Both the position numbers and the translations under genes were made by a program. From Bdellovibrionota bacterium (lineage in GTDB: Bacteria; Bdellovibrionota_C; UBA2361; JAAYZI01), in assembly GCA_050950765.1 (NCBI GenBank), contig JBMNIF010000002.1, positions 416,001 to 480,000 on the forward strand: 64,000 bases of DNA, given 5' to 3'. This document shows positions 59,551-64,000 of the stretch, piece by piece (the first letter of the stretch is position 1; every line of letters begins with the position of its first letter). Under the pieces are notes generated by a model. It saw nothing but the letters and a program-made list of their open reading frames with translations. It was not told the origin of the DNA and did no database searches.

Positions 59551-60303
59551 CCTATGTCAACTTGGCTGCGCCAAGATTGACATTACGGGCAGGAATGTTC
59601 CTGCACACCCGTAGGCTATGCCTACTCCGTACGTTGTTTTATGTCGATCTGAGCTTTTATCAAGATTGGCATTACGGGCAGGAATGTTCCTGCACACCCG
59701 TAGGCTATGCCTACTCCGTACGTTGTTTATGTCGATCTGTTGTTGCCTATGCCAACTTGGTTTCACCAAGATTGGCATTACGGAAGAGCTTTTATCAAGA
59801 TTGACATTACGGGCAGGAATGTTCCTGCACACCCGTAGGCTATGCCTACTCCGTACGTTGTTTATGTCGATCTGTTGTTGCCTATGCCAACTTGGTTTCA
59901 CCAAGATTGGCATTACGGAAGAGCTTTTATCAAGATTGACATTACGGGCAGGAATGTTCCTGCACACCCGTAGGCTATGCCTACTCCGTACGTTGTTTTA
60001 TGTCGATCTGTTGTTGCCTATGCCAACTTGGTTTCACCAAGATTGGCATTACGGAAGAGCTTTTATCAAGATTGGCATTACGGGCAGGAATGTTCCTGCA
60101 CACCCGTAGGCTATGCCTACTCCGTACGTTGTTTTATGTCGATCTGAGCTTTTATCAAGATTGACATTACGGGCAGGAATGTTCCTGCACACCCGTAGGC
60201 TATGCCTACTCCGTACGTTGTTTTATGTCGATTTGAGCTTTTATCAAGATTGACATTACGGGCAGGAATGTTCCTGCACACCCGTAGGCTAAGATTGGTA
60301 TTA
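59551..60303 (+). repeat. Seven-copy hairpin-rich tandem array (89-bp and 135/136-bp units) between the tRNAs
   Basis: caagattgRcattacgggcaggaatgttcctgcacacccgtaggct starts at 59572,59661,59796,59931,60067,60156,60245. Confidence 0.95.
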
Positions 60304-60343
60304 CAAACAGCCAAGTTATGGCTGTTGTTTTTTAGTTTTTAGT

Positions 60344-60419
60344 GGGCTCATAGCTCAGCTGGGAGAGCATCGGCTTTGCAAGCCGGGGGTCAAGGGTTCG
60401 ATCCCCTTTGAGTCCACCA
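60344..60419 (+). tRNA. tRNA-Ala (TGC)
   Basis: GGGCTCA/TGAGTCC acceptor stem with G3:U70, TGC anticodon, GTTCGA T-loop, encoded CCA. Confidence 0.97.
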
Positions 60420-60558
60420 TCTTTTTTTTAACTCTTAACTTCTCTCTTTCACTTAAATCTTTTAAGGCTACTTAAAGCTACCCAATCCCCCTAACCGAAG
60501 CAGTTTTTTCAAAAACCTCCAACTTTAAAAAACTTCTAAAAACTCAAAAGTTAGAAAA

Positions 60559-62610
60559 CTATAAAAAAGACTCCGCCTTTAGATATATGTCAGGGTTCTT
60601 CTTTTTTATAGCGTTACCTTCACTACTAAAAACTAATACAAACCCTACAAAGATACTCAATAGACACAGCCCATAAGAGGTTCTTCTAAAGATAGTGCGA
60701 CCCACCTTCCCTATCTGCGGCGTTTCAGAAACTCTTGTAAGGCTAAGAATAGTTAAAGAAGAGAGTAACGCCAAAGAAAGTGCAAGGTCTGAAACATACC
60801 TTAGGTGCACTCCTCCCAAACAGAAATCAACAAAAGCTATAAACACAAGACTTAATAATACACTTAAAAATGTGATCTTTTTTAAATTGTTTTTATTAAA
60901 GGTGTAACCACATACAAAGATTGCTAGGTTAATCGGAAACCACAGCGCCCCCATTGAATAATACCGATAGATATAACTCCCTGTTTTCAAGCCCCAATCA
61001 TGAGATGGCATAAGATAAGGAAACGTTGTTGAAAAGTTGGGAATTTGTAAAAAATATGTAAATAGACTTTTTAAGAAAAGATCGGCACGAATAGTAAAAT
61101 ACGAAACATCCGACACCGTTAATTGATAGATCTGACCGAACTGAAAAACCGAATCAAACCTAACATAATTGTAATACATCACAAAAAGACCACCTAATGA
61201 AAGGGGAAGTACAAACGAGATAAACTCTAAAAGCCTCTTTGAAAGCTTCCTCTCTTTCTGCAACAGATTGGTGATAATTATCGGCATAATAAAGGAAAAA
61301 GCTATAAATAAGAGGTGGGGTCTACTCATAGCAACTAATACACACGAGATAGCAGCAAGTATTAACGAAAGTATGCGCAAAGGAAACCTCTTCGTATTAT
61401 AGGCAAAAAAGGTAAACGCTACTGTTCCTGCCAGAAACGTTATGGAGCTAAGCACGGGAAGATAATAAAAAGTTTGAATGCTTTCTGCCGTATAAAGTAA
61501 GCTACTAAAAACTGTCGCAATAGAAACACTTAGTAGCATACATAAACTAGCATTTTTACAAAAAGTGATCGTAAGTTCATGTAAGGCAAAAAAGATAAAA
61601 AAGATCCCAAAAAACGTTAAAATCGCCACCGCCACACCATCACTTGGAACAGTTTTGCTAAAAAAATAGACTGGATAATGCACCGTTAGAAGGGGTGCTA
61701 TCCCGAAATAAGAATAGAAGTGCCCTTTATAATAAGCTAAATCCCAAGGATAAGTAGCCTGCTTTAAATCTCTTTCACTTTTATCATACGGGTTGTTTAA
61801 GATCTTCAACTTCGGATCAACAGGACGGTCTATATGAAATTGTCCCTTTAAAAAAGCATCAAACTGCTGAACATAACAGGAATAACTGGATACGGGCTTC
61901 GCCAAAGGATACTTTATAAAATCTTCAGCACCTTGCGAACGCGCTGCAAAAAACACCCCTACGGAGATTAAGAGACAAAAAAGTAATCCACCAAGTAAAG
62001 TTATATTTGAAGAGATACTATGCGGATCAAATTTAATATCGCTATATTTTACACAGCAAAAGATAAAACACCCCAAGCAGAATAACAGCAAGGTTCTCAG
62101 ATATGAAAAAGAGAAGCCATCTGATCCATTCAAAATAATACTTTTTACAACAAGTGGTGAAAATTCGTTATTATTAAACTTAAACCTCACCGCCTTCGCC
62201 TTGCCGAAACTCCGTACAACAGCGGTTACTTTATTATACCCTTTTTTACTAGCGGGATTGTAATTAAACCTTGTAACAAAATTATAGACCTCACTAAAAG
62301 CGGCATCTTTTAACTCTATTACACCTGTATTGTATTGCTCTGCTCCTGAAAGAGAGACCTCTACCCTATTTATAGGCAGATCAAGTGCTCTAAACTCTAT
62401 AACCGATTCTCCGTAAGGAAGTACCACACCTCCCTCCTCATTAAAGAAAAGTTTTTTTTCAGAGATACCTTGACGCAGATCTAATGAAACAGTTTTAAAT
62501 GATGGATCATGACTTAAAAAAGAGGCATTAAAGATAAAAAGCTCCGCAACGACTGCCATCAGAAAGATTACAGACAGAACTAGCCCTCTTTTTTTAAAAA
62601 ACGTTATCAT
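60559..62610 (-). CDS. Polytopic membrane protein, possibly a GT-C-type glycosyltransferase
   Basis: More than 10 TM segments; NPYD..R, WDLAYYKG.FYSYFG, SRP, YNYVRFDS.FQFG..YQLT, RYVSD motifs. Confidence 0.7.
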   Translation of the reverse strand: MITFFKKRGLVLSVIFLMAVVAELFIFNASFLSHDPSFKTVSLDLRQGISEKKLFFNEEGGVVLPYGESVIEFRALDLPINRVEVSLSGAEQYNTGVIELKDAAFSEVYNFVTRFNYNPASKKGYNKVTAVVRSFGKAKAVRFKFNNNEFSPLVVKSIILNGSDGFSFSYLRTLLLFCLGCFIFCCVKYSDIKFDPHSISSNITLLGGLLFCLLISVGVFFAARSQGAEDFIKYPLAKPVSSYSCYVQQFDAFLKGQFHIDRPVDPKLKILNNPYDKSERDLKQATYPWDLAYYKGHFYSYFGIAPLLTVHYPVYFFSKTVPSDGVAVAILTFFGIFFIFFALHELTITFCKNASLCMLLSVSIATVFSSLLYTAESIQTFYYLPVLSSITFLAGTVAFTFFAYNTKRFPLRILSLILAAISCVLVAMSRPHLLFIAFSFIMPIIITNLLQKERKLSKRLLEFISFVLPLSLGGLFVMYYNYVRFDSVFQFGQIYQLTVSDVSYFTIRADLFLKSLFTYFLQIPNFSTTFPYLMPSHDWGLKTGSYIYRYYSMGALWFPINLAIFVCGYTFNKNNLKKITFLSVLLSLVFIAFVDFCLGGVHLRYVSDLALSLALLSSLTILSLTRVSETPQIGKVGRTIFRRTSYGLCLLSIFVGFVLVFSSEGNAIKKKNPDIYLKAESFL

Positions 62611-62883
62611 TTTTGCACTATAAAAAAAGAAGTGTTTTCTGCAAAGAGAGAATCGGCTTATTGAACCTTTGAGGGTAATTTGGATTTATCAGACCTATCA
62701 TCTTCATTTTTTAAAAATCTAAGCGTTAATTCAAGTTTAATATTTACCTGTTTTAGAACTACGCTTTTTATCTCTTCTAAGGCTACCTCTTCTAAGTTTA
62801 CAGTTTAACCATATTGGCAGATTCCTTATAGTATTAAAAGTTACTTTAGAAGTGAGGAGCCGTTTATCTCTAAAGGGCTTTTT

Positions 62884-63022
62884 CCTAACTTCCCAAATGA
62901 GACACTTTTTTAAAAGCTTTTAGCTCAAAAACTTCCCAACCACACACTAAATAAAAATCCTCACCCTAACTTCCCAACTGAGACACTTTTTTAAAAAGCT
63001 TCCAGCTGAAGGGGGTACCATT
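62884..63022. repeat. Direct duplication (cctaacttcccaa.tgagacacttttttaaaa) ending in the core-like sequence ctgaagggggtaccattt
   Basis: Two copies about 80 bp apart in the intergenic region between the paralogs. Confidence 0.65.
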
Positions 63023-63033
63023 TAGTCAGAAAA

Positions 63034-64000
63034 CTACAAAAAAGACTCCACCATTAGATACAGATCAGGGCTCATCTTTTTTATAGCGTTACCCTCATTA
63101 CTAAAAATCAATATCAAACCTACAAAGACGCTCAATAGACACAATCCATAAGAGGTTCTTCTAAAGATACTACGCCCCACCCTCCCTATCTGCGGTGTTT
63201 TAGAAACTTTTGTAAGGCTAAGAATAGTTAAAGAAGAGAGTAACGCCAAAGAAAGTGCAAGGTCTGAAACATACCTTAGGTGCACTCCCGCGATAGAAAA
63301 ATCAACAAAAGCTATAACCACAAGACTTAACACTACACTTAAAAATGTGATCTTTTTTAAGTTGTTTTTATTAAAGGTATAACCACATACAAAGATTGCT
63401 AAGTTGATCGGAAACCACAACACCCCCATTGAAAAATCTTGATAGATATAATTCCCTACTTCCAGATTCCAATCATAAGATGGTGCCAGATACGGAAACT
63501 TCGTCGAAAAATTAGGGAACTGTAAAAAATATACAGATAAACTTTTTAAGAAAAGATCGGCACGAATAGTAAAATACGAAACATCCGACACCGTTAATTG
63601 ATAGATCTGACCGAACTGAAAAACCGAATCAAACCTAACATAATTGTAATACATCACAAAAAGACCACCTAATGAAAGGGGAAGTACAAACGAGATAAAC
63701 TCTAAAAGCCTCTTTGAAAGCTTCCTCTCTTTCTGTAACAGATTGGTGATAATTATCGGCATAATAAAGGAAAAAGCTATCAGCAAAAGGTGGGATCTAC
63801 TCATAGCAACTAATACACACGAGATAGCAGCAAGTATTAACGAAAGTATGCGTAAAGGAAACCTCTTCGTATTATAGGCAAAAAAGGTAAACGCTACTGT
63901 TCCTGCCAGAAACGTTATGGCGCTAAGTACGGGAAGGTAATAAAAGGCGTGAACACTTTCCGCTGTATAAAGTAAACTACTAAAAACCGTTGCAATAGAA
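63034..64000 (-). CDS. Tandem paralog of the 60559..62610 membrane protein; 5' part lies beyond the window edge
   Basis: Frame stays open to 64000 (SIATVFSSLLYTAESVHAFYYLP...); long stretches identical to the neighbouring gene. Confidence 0.88.
   Translation of the reverse strand, partial: SIATVFSSLLYTAESVHAFYYLPVLSAITFLAGTVAFTFFAYNTKRFPLRILSLILAAISCVLVAMSRSHLLLIAFSFIMPIIITNLLQKERKLSKRLLEFISFVLPLSLGGLFVMYYNYVRFDSVFQFGQIYQLTVSDVSYFTIRADLFLKSLSVYFLQFPNFSTKFPYLAPSYDWNLEVGNYIYQDFSMGVLWFPINLAIFVCGYTFNKNNLKKITFLSVVLSLVVIAFVDFSIAGVHLRYVSDLALSLALLSSLTILSLTKVSKTPQIGRVGRSIFRRTSYGLCLLSVFVGLILIFSNEGNAIKKMSPDLYLMVESFL

Noticed and set aside
59551..60314. CRISPR array or protein-coding ORFs (59557..59967, 59562..59804, 59618..60109, 60117..60314) in the tRNA spacer
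   Set aside because: There are no unique spacers. The ORFs arise from the 135-bp in-frame repeat, occur on both strands and have implausible composition.
59330..60560. rRNA operon around the Ile/Ala tRNAs
   Set aside because: Both flanks are protein-coding genes; no 16S or 23S sequence was recognised.
60559..64000. Diversity-generating retroelement (TR/VR pair)
   Set aside because: No reverse transcriptase is in the window, both copies are long open paralogs, and the differences are not evidently adenine-restricted.

Overview
This is an AT-rich bacterial chromosome segment. Its gene content (LPS genes lpxK/waaA, sigma54 flagellar-type regulators, fliS, lexA-recA) suggests a Gram-negative, delta-proteobacteria/Bdellovibrionota-like organism, but the taxonomy is inference only. 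Most genes are housekeeping: fumC, lepB, htpX, pyrE, pcnB, sufS, yacG, uup, proC, ldhA, a CCA-type nucleotidyltransferase, and tRNA-Ile/tRNA-Ala. The most unusual content is non-coding. (1) A dispersed family of modular mosaic arrays joins recurrent modules (A about 76 bp, B about 88 bp with an IHF-consensus site, C about 33-38 bp) through a constant GGGTGGCACC core. There are 20 cores at 7.6-8.9 kb, 12 at 33.2-33.9 kb, and remnants at several other loci. At a toxin-antitoxin locus a module has visibly inserted into an antitoxin copy, and the duplication junctions fall at core-like sites. (2) Gene ends are repeatedly duplicated in degenerate ~80-90 bp tandem copies (recA, cca, yggX-like, a small membrane gene). 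(3) A hairpin-rich 7-copy array lies between tRNA-Ile and tRNA-Ala, with no rRNA genes flanking them. Notable proteins are a 1082-aa multi-annexin-repeat-like protein, a PDH-E1-like alpha/beta pair that has lost its ThDP-binding motifs, an orphan GroES-like gene next to a tyrosine recombinase, and a stand-alone alpha-2-macroglobulin-N-terminus-like protein. No CRISPR/cas, reverse transcriptase or transposase gene was seen. All family assignments come from motif recognition by eye, not database searches.
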